Positions 17,892 through 27,889 of a DNA stretch of 64,000 nt are shown here, one piece after another. The notes below the pieces were generated by a model that saw nothing but the letters and a program-made list of their open reading frames with translations, was not told the DNA's origin and did no database searches. Where the stretch lies: positions 32,001-96,000 of the forward strand of contig CAVUWV010000019.1 in NCBI GenBank assembly GCA_963745075.1, read 5' to 3'. Within the stretch, counting starts at the first letter, position 1; every line of letters begins with the position of its first letter. Source of the stretch: Candidatus Hydrogenedentota bacterium. Its GTDB lineage: Bacteria > Hydrogenedentota > Hydrogenedentia > Hydrogenedentales > SLHB01. The position numbers were made by a program, and so were the translations under genes.

Positions 17892-20452
17892 ACATCAAAT
17901 CTCAACACATTTGATTTCTTGATGCCGATCGGTCGGTTGCGGGGTTCCGAATTGGCGGGTGCGACAGCGGCCATGTGCTGGTACGCGAATGCGGCGACGA
18001 GGTATGCGCCCACGGCCAACAGGACGACCGCACGAAATCCCAGGTGTACCGCGCAAAGACTTGCTGTCAAAGCGCCTACGACCGACGCGCACCCGTTGAT
18101 CCCCCACGCCCACGGCAGGAGAAGTTCATGGCGCAACGCAACAAGTTGCAGCCCGGTGGGAAAGGGGATCCCCATGGCAAAGGCGACGGGCGCCAGCAAG
18201 GCGATGCTCGCGGCGATCTTCACGAGGTCTGGCCAGCCCGAGCCGAATGCGAAGACGGTACCCAAACCCGATAGATAGAGCACCGCGAGTACGCCAATGG
18301 CAGTGACGGTTGCCACCATTGGGTGGCGGCCCTGCCCGTGCAGACGGTCGGCGAAAAGGCTGCCGAGTCCGGAGAATACAAGAAATGCGGTCAGCACGAC
18401 GGTTACGGCGTACATGGGAAAGGCGAGGAAGAGCATGAAACGCTGGATGAAGGCAATTTCAAGGAACATGTATGCGAGTCCCAGCGCGGCGAAGTAGAAG
18501 AGGACCCAGCGCTTGGCCTTGGGGCTTGTTCCCCTTCGCGCGAATACCATCAGCGGCGTGAGGATCAGTATGACGCTTACCGCAATCCCCTGAATGAGTG
18601 TGGCCACCAAGGCGAGATAACCCCATTCCATGTACGGGAGCCAGTTGGTTCCGAACTGGCGCAACAGCTTCGGAAGATACCGCCATTTTACGAACCGCGA
18701 AAAGTAGGGGCGGTCGTCCGTCGCAGGGCGGACGAAGAACACGCACTCGCGATAGGCGCGCTCGGGATCGCCGGATAGGATCTCCTGTGCGAAGCGATAG
18801 TAGGCCGGTTCCTCGAGTACCACGAACCGGTTTGCGTCTTCCGGTTCGATTCCCGGGAGATAACAGAGATCGAACCACCGGTCATTGCAGAACCGGCGGA
18901 CCGCGGCGATGTCGCGTGCGTTCAATCCCTCACGGGTCACAAGCACCGTGGCGGTATTCCATGTCCGGATGAATATGAGATGATCGTCGGGCTGGTCGAT
19001 GCCCGCGCGCCGGCACGCGGCGACGGCGGTGGCGAAGAGTTTCAGGGCGGTGCGCGGCGGCGTGTCAATCCAACAGGTCATGGAGAGCACGCCGTCAGAC
19101 GTCAGTCGGTTGATGTAAAGGGACAGGGCCTCGATCGTATACAAGTAGCTTTCGGTCGCCGCCTGGGTACCCGCAGTGGACGCGAGGAAGGAACCCTGCA
19201 CGGGCAGGATGATGAGGTCGTAGCAATTGCCGTGCGACTGGAGGAAGCCCCGTCCCTCGTCGATGTTTGCTGAAACGTCGTCCCGCGCGTAGATGTCGCC
19301 GGAGAACGCCGCAAGGGGACCGCGAACCAAGTCGATTACCGCGTGTTCAACCTCGACGGCGTTGACGTGCGATGCGCCATGGGCCAGTGCGCCGAGGATG
19401 TCCGCCCCGCCGCCGGAACCGATGACTACGGTGTGGGGATTCGATCGGGCCACACGGTAGGCGACGGCCGAAGTGACGTAATCAAGATACGCCATACGTC
19501 CAAGATCGCCGTCGAACCGGTTGACCGGTGAGACCGCGCCGGCATCGAAGAAAAGACCGATTTGTTCGGGTAACGGACCCAGTTCGCTCATGGGGTAGTT
19601 CGAAATCTGGCCGGGCGTTTCACGGATCTGTTTGGAAGCTACGGCCGTCACGACGGACATGGGGCTTACCGACTCCGCAACGATCCGTGCATCGGGGTAC
19701 TGGAGCGCGTAGGAAAGCCCCTTGTATTCGGAAACGCGGACGGGGGTGGTCCAGTCCATCAGGAGCGGCAGCGCGGCCAGCGCGATTGTCGGGATTCCTA
19801 CAAGTGGACCGAATCGAAATCGCCACGCCAGCAGCGTAAACGCGAAGGCGACGACGATGGCGAACACGTAGGGAAGTAACGCGGGTTGAACGTAATGCAA
19901 GAGGAAGATGACGGTCAGAGCGCCCATGCCCGAGCCGAGCATATTGACGAAGTACATCCGTCCAACGGCGTTGGGGGTTAACATGAATCCGCACATGATG
20001 CACGTGGCCGTGAAGAAGAACGGGATGGTCAACACTGCGTACAGCGCGATGAGATTCGCCCATTGGCCCTGCATGGCCACAAGCTGCAAAGTCTCGAAAG
20101 GGATGCGCTGGCTGAGGTCGTAGCACAGAACCAGCGACAGGGCGAGCATCAAGGTGCTGAATTGCAGCAGGCCAGCTTCATGGCCGCGCAAGAGGTTTTT
20201 CGCCAGGGCAATGACCGTTCCGCTGAGCCCGAACCCCAACATCGCGATGCTGATGACCATGTAGGCGAAGTGGTGCCATTGCCCGATGGTGAACACGCGC
20301 ATCAGCACGACTTGGTAGGCGATACCCACGGCACTGATGAGAAAGATCGCGACGTGCAGTGCCGTAACGCGGTCGAAAACGTTTGAGCCTACGGTACCGT
20401 CCGAACTTCGCATAGCACCACCGTACCAGGGCCGGCCGCGAGTGTACGTCAC
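17888..20452 (-). CDS. Polytopic membrane protein with spermidine-synthase-like SAM-binding domain
   Basis: N- and C-terminal TM bundles; VIGSGGG, AVEVE, DEGRGFL, ESYLYT.E, PATDDRPYF, WAWGING. Confidence 0.85.
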   Translation of the reverse strand: MTYTRGRPWYGGAMRSSDGTVGSNVFDRVTALHVAIFLISAVGIAYQVVLMRVFTIGQWHHFAYMVISIAMLGFGLSGTVIALAKNLLRGHEAGLLQFSTLMLALSLVLCYDLSQRIPFETLQLVAMQGQWANLIALYAVLTIPFFFTATCIMCGFMLTPNAVGRMYFVNMLGSGMGALTVIFLLHYVQPALLPYVFAIVVAFAFTLLAWRFRFGPLVGIPTIALAALPLLMDWTTPVRVSEYKGLSYALQYPDARIVAESVSPMSVVTAVASKQIRETPGQISNYPMSELGPLPEQIGLFFDAGAVSPVNRFDGDLGRMAYLDYVTSAVAYRVARSNPHTVVIGSGGGADILGALAHGASHVNAVEVEHAVIDLVRGPLAAFSGDIYARDDVSANIDEGRGFLQSHGNCYDLIILPVQGSFLASTAGTQAATESYLYTIEALSLYINRLTSDGVLSMTCWIDTPPRTALKLFATAVAACRRAGIDQPDDHLIFIRTWNTATVLVTREGLNARDIAAVRRFCNDRWFDLCYLPGIEPEDANRFVVLEEPAYYRFAQEILSGDPERAYRECVFFVRPATDDRPYFSRFVKWRYLPKLLRQFGTNWLPYMEWGYLALVATLIQGIAVSVILILTPLMVFARRGTSPKAKRWVLFYFAALGLAYMFLEIAFIQRFMLFLAFPMYAVTVVLTAFLVFSGLGSLFADRLHGQGRHPMVATVTAIGVLAVLYLSGLGTVFAFGSGWPDLVKIAASIALLAPVAFAMGIPFPTGLQLVALRHELLLPWAWGINGCASVVGALTASLCAVHLGFRAVVLLAVGAYLVAAFAYQHMAAVAPANSEPRNRPIGIKKSNVLRFDV

Positions 20453-20462
20453 CTTGGGAACG

Positions 20463-21281
20463 TCAGATGACTTCTCCCGCTCCGCCGGTCCCCGCCGAAG
20501 TTGTATCGCCTAGTTCGTTCCGGAAGCGTTCGAAATCCGCTTTCAACGTCTTCGCGACGATGGCAAAATCGCTGCTGTGAACGATGAAATTCGTGCCCTG
20601 CTTGGCCCACTCGATTTCGCGCTCGATTTCTTCCGAGTAGTGAATGCCCACGCCCACCGAGGCGGCCCGTGCCTTCGTGATGATCGTCGTGATCGCTTCC
20701 TGGAACGTGGGATGCCCGTATTGCTCCGGAATACCGAGACTGATGGACAAGTCGTGAGGTCCCACGAGCACCGCGTCGAGGTCCGGCACGGCGAGAATCC
20801 GATCGAGCGCCGACAAGGCCGGTGTGCTCTCGATGTTCACGACCATGACGCGGTCGGCGTTGCGTTGGACCAGGTACTCGCCCGTTTCCTCGTTAGGGAT
20901 CTCGTCGCCTTTCAGCACGGCGTCCAACCGCTTGCCCTTCAAGGGCCGCAGCTTGACCGCGCCGCGCAGCGCCATGACTTGGTCCACCGACTCCACGTAG
21001 GGCGCGATGATGCCGTGGGCGCCGCCGTCCAGCACCATGCAGGCCCGGTACGGGTCGGGTTCGGGGATGCGCACGATGGGGGCGATGTTCAGCGCGTCAA
21101 AAGTCCGGCACATCCAGGAGAGTGTCTCCCGCGCTAATGAAATGTGTTCGGTATCGATGAAGACAAAATCCATGCCCGTGCCGGCCATCATGGACGGCCA
21201 TGCGGGTGACGGCGACACGCAACAGGTTCCATACACGCGTTTGCCGGATCGCAGGGCGGCGGCCAGTTCTTTACCTCTCAT
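20463..21281 (-). CDS. HpcH/HpaI aldolase family protein
   Basis: DFVFIDTEH, PIVRIP, LDGGAHGIIAP, NIES, VGPHDL; start MRGKEL after GAGGGAG. Confidence 0.85.
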   Translation of the reverse strand: MRGKELAAALRSGKRVYGTCCVSPSPAWPSMMAGTGMDFVFIDTEHISLARETLSWMCRTFDALNIAPIVRIPEPDPYRACMVLDGGAHGIIAPYVESVDQVMALRGAVKLRPLKGKRLDAVLKGDEIPNEETGEYLVQRNADRVMVVNIESTPALSALDRILAVPDLDAVLVGPHDLSISLGIPEQYGHPTFQEAITTIITKARAASVGVGIHYSEEIEREIEWAKQGTNFIVHSSDFAIVAKTLKADFERFRNELGDTTSAGTGGAGEVI

Positions 21282-21382
21282 GGTGGGTCGTACTCCCTCT
21301 GGTTTAGCTGATTCTCCATTGTAGTGGATTTTGCGCGGTGCTGCATCTTGAGAGCCGGGATCTGCGCAGGGAGTAGGTTTTT

Positions 21383-21431
21383 GGGCCGATCGGACGGATC
21401 CGTCGGATCGGACCGATCGGTCGGATTGGAC
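21383..21431. repeat. 9-bp period tandem repeat (GGACsGATC-like), about 5.5 units
   Basis: gggccgatc ggacggatc cgtcggatc ggaccgatc ggtcggatt ggac; same family at 56821. Confidence 0.75.
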
Positions 21432-21549
21432 TGTCGGCCTGCGTTCCAACACGATGGTCGCCGTTGATGGATTTTTGGACGACGAGCCCGCGAGCCTCTA
21501 CAATACTGGACCGCGAGGTCCCGTTTTCGGGAGTACAGGAGAGCACGCC

Positions 21550-22273
21550 ATGCAGAAGGTATCGCATTTCCCCACGGCATTTGTTGCGCGTATTGCCACG
21601 ATTCTTGTTCTCGGGGCAATGCTTTTTGCTGCGTCTGCCGCGCACGCCCAAAAGGAGGACCGCTGGGAGCCGGCTATCCAGGCCTTCGAGGCGCAGGACC
21701 GCGACGCGATGCCGCCGGAAGGCGCGGTGCTCTTTGTCGGGAGTTCCAGCATCCGGGTCTGGGATTTGGACGAATCGTTTTCCCGATCTCGTGACGATTA
21801 ATCGCGGATTCGGCGGCTCGACGATTGCCGATGTGAACCGGTACGTGGACCGCATCGTCATTCCCTACAAGCCCGCGACGATTGTCTTTTACGCGGGCGA
21901 TAACGACGTGGCCCAGGGAACGACTGCGGAACAGGTGTTTGAAAATTTTAAGACCTTTGTGGGAAAGGTCGGGGCCGCGCTGCCGGACACCAAAGTCATT
22001 TTCATCTCCATCAAACCGAGCGTCGCGCGGTGGAAGCTGTGGGATGAGATGAAGAAGGCGAACGGACTAATCGAGGACTACTGCGGGAAGGATGATCGGC
22101 TAACCTACGTGGACCTCGGCGCATTGCTCCTTGGCGAAGACGGCAAACCGCGAGCCGACTTGTTCAGGGAGGATGGCTTGCACCTCAACAAGGACGGCTA
22201 CGCCAAGTGGAACGCAGCGCTGCGTCCCTACCTTGTTAACGCGATGAAGAAGGAAGAGGCGAAGGCGAAGTAA
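21550..22273 (+). CDS. SGNH/GDSL hydrolase, split by +1 frameshift at 21778-21781
   Basis: Signal peptide and LFVGSSSIRVW in one frame; NRGFGGS, YAGDND, DGLHLN in the next; deleting one T of TTTT restores ESFPDLVTINRG. Confidence 0.85.
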
Positions 22274-22299
22274 GCGAGACTGGGCTCAGCGAAATGGTT

Positions 22300-23559
22300 T
22301 CATTCCGCAAGGCGAATTAAGGCGCGGCCTGCGTGGAAGGAGGTCTTCCACTCGTTGCCTTTGTCGGTGGTCAGGGGTTGGCCGGTGTCCCAGTGCACGT
22401 CTTGGTACCAATCGCCGTATTCGTGGTCGATCTGGTAGGTCCATACCCAGTCGAACAGGTTCCGCAGCGCGTCGCGGTATTTCTCATCGTTGGTCCACGC
22501 AAAGGCATCGACGAGGGCGTTTAACATTTCTGCTTGACCCCACCAGGGTTTTAGCAAGCGGTCTTCCGGCAGGTCAGTCGCATTGACTACGTGGCCGGTC
22601 ATCGGTCCATAGGCCGCAAGTCCGCCGCGATCACGATCGAACCCAAATTTTAGCGCGTGGTCGATAAGTCCGAGGGCCGCATCCCGATAGTCGTCGCGCG
22701 GTTCGCCCAACACATCCGCCGCCGCGAGGAGGAGCCAGGCCATTTCGACGTTTAGTCCGTAGGACGTGGTCATCACGCCGTGCGCATCCGAAACGGGATT
22801 CCAGTCGTAGTCAAAAGCGGTGATGCTGCATCCATGTTCGGCGTGAATGCCCTTGTCCCGGATGAGTTGGGTCACATTGCGCAAGGCAGCGAGATGTTTC
22901 GGGTCGCGCGTGGCACCCGCAAGATACACGAGGCACTCCATCATGTTGGTGTGCATGTCAACGGTCTTGATCTTCGGCTGCGCGCCAAGGTGCATCTGGT
23001 CGGCGTTCAATGCGGGCCAGTCTTTGTCATCGAAGTCTTCGATGTATCCCATGTCGCGATCCGCGGCCTTGGTCTGGACCACGTCAAACACGCGGTTCAC
23101 CCATTCCGATACGTCCTCGCGTTGTGATGCGCGATAGAATTCCGCGAGACCCGTAATGGCGTAGGCGTGGAAGTCTGTGTTCTTGCGCGTGCACTTGGGT
23201 TTTCCGCCGCGTGTGACGGAGAAGTAGAATCCGCCATCCCGCTCGTCCCACATACATTGGGTCACGAAATCGAAGGCCTTGGACGCGAGGTCGAGGTAGC
23301 CGCGATCGGTCAAACCATGCCGATGCGCCGCCGAGAGACTCGCGATCATGCGAACCTGCATCATGAGGATCTTTTCGCTGTCATCGAGGCGACGGCCTTG
23401 CCGGTCAAGCCGCGTCAGGAACCCGCCGTACTGGTCGTCCCAGGCGTGGTTGGCCCAGAACGGCATCAGGTTTTCGGCCAGCGCGGATTCGGCGCGGGAG
23501 CGGATATTGGAAGATGGATGATCGATGCCGGAAATCGAGTGTTTTCGTGTGTTTTCCAT
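22300..23559 (-). CDS. AGE / cellobiose 2-epimerase family protein (divergent active site)
   Basis: PFW...WDDQYGGFL, K..MMQVR, MWDERDGGFY, WWGQAE, WKTSFHAGRA; start uncertain. Confidence 0.8.
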   Translation of the reverse strand: MENTRKHSISGIDHPSSNIRSRAESALAENLMPFWANHAWDDQYGGFLTRLDRQGRRLDDSEKILMMQVRMIASLSAAHRHGLTDRGYLDLASKAFDFVTQCMWDERDGGFYFSVTRGGKPKCTRKNTDFHAYAITGLAEFYRASQREDVSEWVNRVFDVVQTKAADRDMGYIEDFDDKDWPALNADQMHLGAQPKIKTVDMHTNMMECLVYLAGATRDPKHLAALRNVTQLIRDKGIHAEHGCSITAFDYDWNPVSDAHGVMTTSYGLNVEMAWLLLAAADVLGEPRDDYRDAALGLIDHALKFGFDRDRGGLAAYGPMTGHVVNATDLPEDRLLKPWWGQAEMLNALVDAFAWTNDEKYRDALRNLFDWVWTYQIDHEYGDWYQDVHWDTGQPLTTDKGNEWKTSFHAGRALIRLAE

Positions 23560-23816
23560 CTTTCGTATTTTAGCCTTGGTGCGTTCCGGTCTGTATTTCT
23601 TGCGAACAACGCTCAGAGGATGAACGTTACAGGCCCGTTGGATCAAGGATGCCGTATGCGGATAGACCCGAGACGCCCGGAAAAGGGCCGCACTGGGAGC
23701 CAGGCGCTCCCAATGCGGCGAAGGGTGACTTCCCGCTTGATTCTCGAGTTTGTCCCGCCACACCACGGTGTTTTACGTCGTCATTCGTGCGAAACCACCA
23801 CGGCACAAAATGCAGT

Positions 23817-23846
23817 TTGACTGCATCTTGCGGGCTTTGGTAGACT
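23817..23846 (+). promoter_or_regulatory. Promoter of the infC operon
   Basis: TTGACT-18 bp-TAGACT with extended -10 TG, just before the leader RNA. Confidence 0.6.
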
Positions 23847-23864
23847 AGCGTGCTTTTGAAGAGC

Positions 23865-23989
23865 AAGTAGAAGCACGCGCTTCTCACCTTGCCGCGATCC
23901 CGGGGACGGGATTTGGGCGCAAGGTTGTCAGCATGGGATACCTATGTGTTCTCGGCGGCAGAGGCGTGTTGTGCCTTGCCGCCTTTTTT
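23865..23989 (+). ncRNA. Ribosomal protein L20 leader (attenuator)
   Basis: AAGTAGAAGCACGCGCTTCTCACCT resembles the L20-leader 5' motif; ends in hairpin plus U-tract; upstream of infC-rpmI-rplT. Confidence 0.75.
23954..23989 (+). terminator. Intrinsic terminator of the L20 leader
   Basis: GGCGGCAGAGGC...GCCTTGCCGCC followed by TTTTTT. Confidence 0.75.
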
Positions 23990-24068
23990 GTGCGTGCGGG
24001 TGGATGCCGTGGTCCGTCCGGGCGCAGTGGATGAAAATCGAGTACACGGGAGGCAGGAGGGAACACTA

Positions 24069-24599
24069 ATCGCCAGGCCTATTGAGCAACGAGTGCGGGT
24101 GAATGAGACCATTAACGCCCGCCAGGTCCGCGTCATTGATGAGGAAGGTAACCAGTTGGGGATTATGTCCCCGGCCGATGCGTTACGCGACGCCTACGAA
24201 CGCGGGCTGGATTTAGTTGAAGTAGCGCCGAATGCGTCACCGACGGTGTGCCGCATCATGGACTACGGAAAGTACAAGTACCAGCAGAGCAAGCGTCAAA
24301 AGGAATCGAAGAAGCACCAGCATACGGTCACGGTGAAGGAAGTGAAGTACCGGCCAAAGATCGACAAGCACGACTTCGATTACAAGACGAACCACGTGCG
24401 CGAGTTCCTGGGAGAAGGCAATAAAGTCAAAGTTACCGTGATGTTCCGCGGCCGCGAACTCGCGCATCCGGAGTTTGGACACGAGATCCTCACCCGCGTG
24501 CTCGAGGCGACCCGCGACCTATGCCAGGATCAGATCGATCCCAGGCGACAGCGCCTGGAAGGGCGGAACATGACGATAGTGCTGACGCCGTCCAAGTAG
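24069..24599 (+). CDS. infC: Translation initiation factor IF-3 (non-canonical ATC start)
   Basis: RVNETI, GLDLVEVAP, CRIMDYGKYKY, GNKVKVTVMFRGRE; SD GGAGG 8 nt before the in-frame ATC. Confidence 0.95.
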   Translation: MARPIEQRVRVNETINARQVRVIDEEGNQLGIMSPADALRDAYERGLDLVEVAPNASPTVCRIMDYGKYKYQQSKRQKESKKHQHTVTVKEVKYRPKIDKHDFDYKTNHVREFLGEGNKVKVTVMFRGRELAHPEFGHEILTRVLEATRDLCQDQIDPRRQRLEGRNMTIVLTPSK

Positions 24600-24785
24600 G
24601 GCGGGCGTCCGGCTGATAGCGATTGCAGCGGTTTCCCTCGTACGGCGGGGGAGGGATGTGGCGATCAACGGAGCGTGGCGGCGGAGATCGCGGCGTGTTT
24701 GCGCTGCGTGCGTCGAAGTGACGTTCCGTGAACGACGAGATCCCGGACAGCGCGAAAAGCGGTCCGGAGTGATGGAGGATTACGA

Positions 24786-24983
24786 ATGCCGAAAATGAAA
24801 ACCAACCGATCCGCGTCCAAGCGGCTGAAGCGCACCAAGACCGGTAAGTTTAAGCGGTTTAATGCCTTTGCGCGGCATAAGCTGACTCACAAGACGGCGA
24901 AGCGGCGCCGGCGCTTGCGTACGGCCGTACTGGTCGACGGCTCCGAGCAGAAGCGTGTGGAACGCATGCTTCCGTACGGCTGA
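24786..24983 (+). CDS. rpmI: 50S ribosomal protein L35
   Basis: MPKMKTNRSASKR..TGKFKR...RHKL.HK. Confidence 0.97.
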   Translation: MPKMKTNRSASKRLKRTKTGKFKRFNAFARHKLTHKTAKRRRRLRTAVLVDGSEQKRVERMLPYG

Positions 24984-25054
24984 CCGTAGCGCAACCCGAG
25001 GAAAACACGCACCGAAGGCGCCCGCCAGGGCCCAACGGATGGAGGATTTGAACG

Positions 25055-25420
25055 ATGCCAAGATCTACGAACGCGCCGGCTTCCCGGAGCCGCCGCAAGA
25101 AATTTATCAAGCGGGCCGCCGGCTACCGGGGGAGCCGCCATCGCCTGTTGAAGACCGCCCGGCAAGCCGTCGAGCATGCGGGTACCTACGCCTATCGTGA
25201 TCGCAAGACGCGCAAACGGGACTTCCGGAAACTCTGGATCGCCCGTATCAATGCCGCGACGCGCGCCGAAGGGCTGACTTACAGCCGGTTCATTTTGGGC
25301 TTGAAACTTGCCAATATCAACGTCAACCGGAAGATGCTGGCCGAAATCGCGGCGACGGATGAGGCCGGGTTTCAGCGTCTGGTGGAAGTGGTGAAGGCCA
25401 AGCTCCAGGCTGCGGCGTAA
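25055..25420 (+). CDS. rplT: 50S ribosomal protein L20
   Basis: AYRDRK.RKRDFRKLWIARINAA, YSRFI.GL, NRKMLAEIA. Confidence 0.97.
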   Translation: MPRSTNAPASRSRRKKFIKRAAGYRGSRHRLLKTARQAVEHAGTYAYRDRKTRKRDFRKLWIARINAATRAEGLTYSRFILGLKLANINVNRKMLAEIAATDEAGFQRLVEVVKAKLQAAA

Positions 25421-25425
25421 CGCGC

Positions 25426-26154
25426 ATGCGGGTAGTCCCTGCAGTAGACATTCGGGGCGGACACTGCGTGAACTTGGTCCAAGGCGACTACGACCAGGAG
25501 ACGGTGTTTGGTGAAGATCCCGTGGCCCAGGCGATCGCCTGGCACGAGCAAGGCGCTGAAATGGTCCATATCGTAGACCTGGACGGCGCGCGCAAGGGGC
25601 AACTCTGTGTTTTGGCGGAAGTCTTGCAGATGTCGGCTATCCGTATCCCCGTGGAAGTGGGCGGCGGAATTCGGACCGTCTGCGATCTCGACATGGCCTT
25701 CCAGGCGGGTGCCGCTCGCGCCATTCTCGGTACGGCAGCGTTTCGCGATCCCCGGTTTCTGCGGACCGCGGTGGCGACGTACCCCGGGCTGGTCGCGGTC
25801 GGTATCGATGCCCGTGGCGGCAAGGTGTCGTTGAGCGCCTGGACGGAGGATACGCAGGAAGACGCCGTTCGTTTCGCCAAGCAGGTGGAAGAGGCGGGCG
25901 CCTGCCGGATCATTTACACCGATATTCTGAGTGACGGCATGATGCGCGGCCCCAATCTCGAAGCGACGCGCGCCGTCGCGCAGGCCGTGAATATCCCCGT
26001 GACGGTGTCCGGCGGCGTGTCGTCCCTGGACGACATACGCAATGTCTGCGCGTTGGAACCGGACGGGGTTGACGAAGTCATTGTCGGCCGTGCCCTCTAT
26101 GTGGGGGCGTTTACGTTGCCCGAGGCGATTGAGGTGACGCGGGAGGGTTCGTGA
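25426..26154 (+). CDS. hisA: ProFAR isomerase HisA
   Basis: PAVDIRGGHCV.L.QGDY, HIVDLDGA, VGGGIR, YTDI..DGMM.GPN, SGGVSS, VGRALY. Confidence 0.95.
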   Translation: MRVVPAVDIRGGHCVNLVQGDYDQETVFGEDPVAQAIAWHEQGAEMVHIVDLDGARKGQLCVLAEVLQMSAIRIPVEVGGGIRTVCDLDMAFQAGAARAILGTAAFRDPRFLRTAVATYPGLVAVGIDARGGKVSLSAWTEDTQEDAVRFAKQVEEAGACRIIYTDILSDGMMRGPNLEATRAVAQAVNIPVTVSGGVSSLDDIRNVCALEPDGVDEVIVGRALYVGAFTLPEAIEVTREGS

Positions 26155-27009
26155 ACCCGAACTTCGGAACAGTCACTATCGTCGGCGTCGGATTGCTAGG
26201 CGGATCCCTGGGCCTTGCATTGAAGGAGCGAGGCCTCAGCCGTCTGGTCCGCGGGGTGGGCCACCGCCAGGTGTCGTTAGACGCCGCGCTCGCCCGGAAA
26301 GCAATCGACGAAGCATTTCTCGATCTTCCCCCTGCACTAAAAGACGCCGATCTCGTAGTTATTTGCACGCCCGCTGGGTTGGTCCCGGAAACGTTGGACC
26401 GGATTCGGCGGGCGACTTCTTCTTCCGCCGCGATCACCGATGTGGCGAGCACGAAGGCGGCGATTTGCGCTCACGCCGACCAATGTTGGCCCGGACGCCG
26501 CCGGTTTGTCGGTAGTCACCCCATGGCCGGTTCGGAAAAGTTCGGGCCGGAGCACGCCACCGCGGACCTGTACGAGGGCTGTGTCACAATCCTGGAACCG
26601 TTGGCGGGGCAGGACCCCGACGCGCACGAAACGGTCCGAAGGCTGTGGAGTGCGGTCGGCGCGTCGATCGTGGAACTGGATCCCGGAACGGCACGACACA
26701 CTTGTGGCGCGAACCAGCCACATCCCCCACATAATGGCGGCACTCGTCGCGGAACAAGCAACCTGGGCGCGGGGCGTGCCGTCCGTAATCGGCAAAGGCT
26801 TTCTCGACACCACCCGCGTGGCGGCAGGCCGGCCGGAAATCTGGCGCGACATCTGCCTGACCAATCACGAGGCGATTGTCGCCGGACTGGATGATCTGGC
26901 AACTCGCCTGGTGGCTGTACGGGCCGCCATTGAAAACGGCGCTGGAGATGAACTGGCCGCGTTCTTTGAGGCGGCCCGCGTAGCACGCGAACAGGTGCTG
27001 GACCGATGA
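26151..27009 (+). CDS. tyrA: Prephenate/arogenate dehydrogenase, split by +1 frameshift at about 26682-26686
   Basis: IVGVGLLGGS, TDVASTK, HPMAGSEKFG in one frame; HDTLVARTSHIPH, GFLDTTRVA, IWRDI in the next. Confidence 0.9.
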
Positions 27010-27641
27010 ACGGTGTATTTATCACGGTCGAAGGTGTGGAAGGCTGCGGGAAATCCACGCAGATTGCCCTCTTGAAGAAGTATCTCGAATCGGCGGGCCG
27101 CGACGTGGTCGTTACGCGGGAACCGGGCGGTACCCCCATCGCCGAAACCATTCGTGGAATTTTACTGGATCCCGAAAACGCGGAATTGTCGCCGGTTGCC
27201 GAAGCCTTTCTGTACGCAGCCGCCCGCGCGCAGCACGTGGATGAGTTTATCCGCCCCGCGTTGGGGGCCGGCAACGTGGTTTTAAGCGATCGGTTTGCGG
27301 ACAGCACCACGGCGTATCAAGGGGCGGGTCGCGCATTGGCCGCCGATACGATCCGGACCTTGCACGCCATCGCAACGCGCGGCACCTGGCCCGAATTGAC
27401 TATCGTGGTGGATGTGCCCGTGGAAGAGGGTCTGGCACGAGCGGCGCATGGGAATGAGCTGGATCGCATCGAACGGGAACCCCTCGAATTCCATCAACGG
27501 GTCCGGGAAGGTTTCTTGGCGATCGCCCGAAGCGAGCCGGAGCGGGTCCATGTCATAGACGGCACCCAGCCGGTCGACGCGGTTGCCGCCGCGATCCGCG
27601 ATTTGGTAAAAGGACTTCTTCTGCTAGGTGACACGGTATGA
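27006..27641 (+). CDS. tmk: Thymidylate kinase
   Basis: FITVEGVEGCGKSTQ, TREPGGT, AARAQH, SDRF.DST.AYQG, DRIERE. Confidence 0.97.
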   Translation: MNGVFITVEGVEGCGKSTQIALLKKYLESAGRDVVVTREPGGTPIAETIRGILLDPENAELSPVAEAFLYAAARAQHVDEFIRPALGAGNVVLSDRFADSTTAYQGAGRALAADTIRTLHAIATRGTWPELTIVVDVPVEEGLARAAHGNELDRIEREPLEFHQRVREGFLAIARSEPERVHVIDGTQPVDAVAAAIRDLVKGLLLLGDTV

Positions 27642-27726
27642 GGCTGTGGTTAGACGGTGCACAATGCGCGCAGAAGGGACAAGCATTCCCCACTGAAGAC
27701 AGAGATTTGGAAAACGAGCGACGTAA

Positions 27727-27889
27727 GAACATCCCCCTTAATCCCCCTTCAAAGGGGGAATTCGCGGCCCGAAGTGTCAGCCATGCACCAGGGCGAAGGA
27801 GCATCGTGGAGGTCTTCGGTGGTCCAAAACGCATCGCAAAGCGTTGCGCGGAAAATTCCCCCATTGAAGGGGGATCAAGGGGGATGTTC
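27727..27889. repeat. REP/MITE-like element with 36-bp inverted arms between tmk and holB
   Basis: GAACATCCCCCTTAATCCCCCTTCAAAGGGGGAATT (27727-27762) vs reverse complement of 27854-27889, 34/36 identical; each arm has a CCCCC..GGGGG hairpin. Confidence 0.85.

Noticed and set aside
21383..21431. Short repeats as a CRISPR array
   Set aside because: Units are 9 bp and contiguous, with no spacers and no cas genes.
21770..21801. Programmed ribosomal frameshifting in the split genes
   Set aside because: No canonical slippery heptamer or stimulator seen; these families are not known to be recoded; sequencing error is simpler.
23889..24068. N-terminal extension of IF-3 in the ORF track
   Set aside because: It runs through the L20 leader and terminator; the SD-supported start is ATC 24069.
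24600..24785. Structured RNA in the long infC-rpmI spacer
   Set aside because: Only generic GC-rich hairpins; no recognisable family motif.
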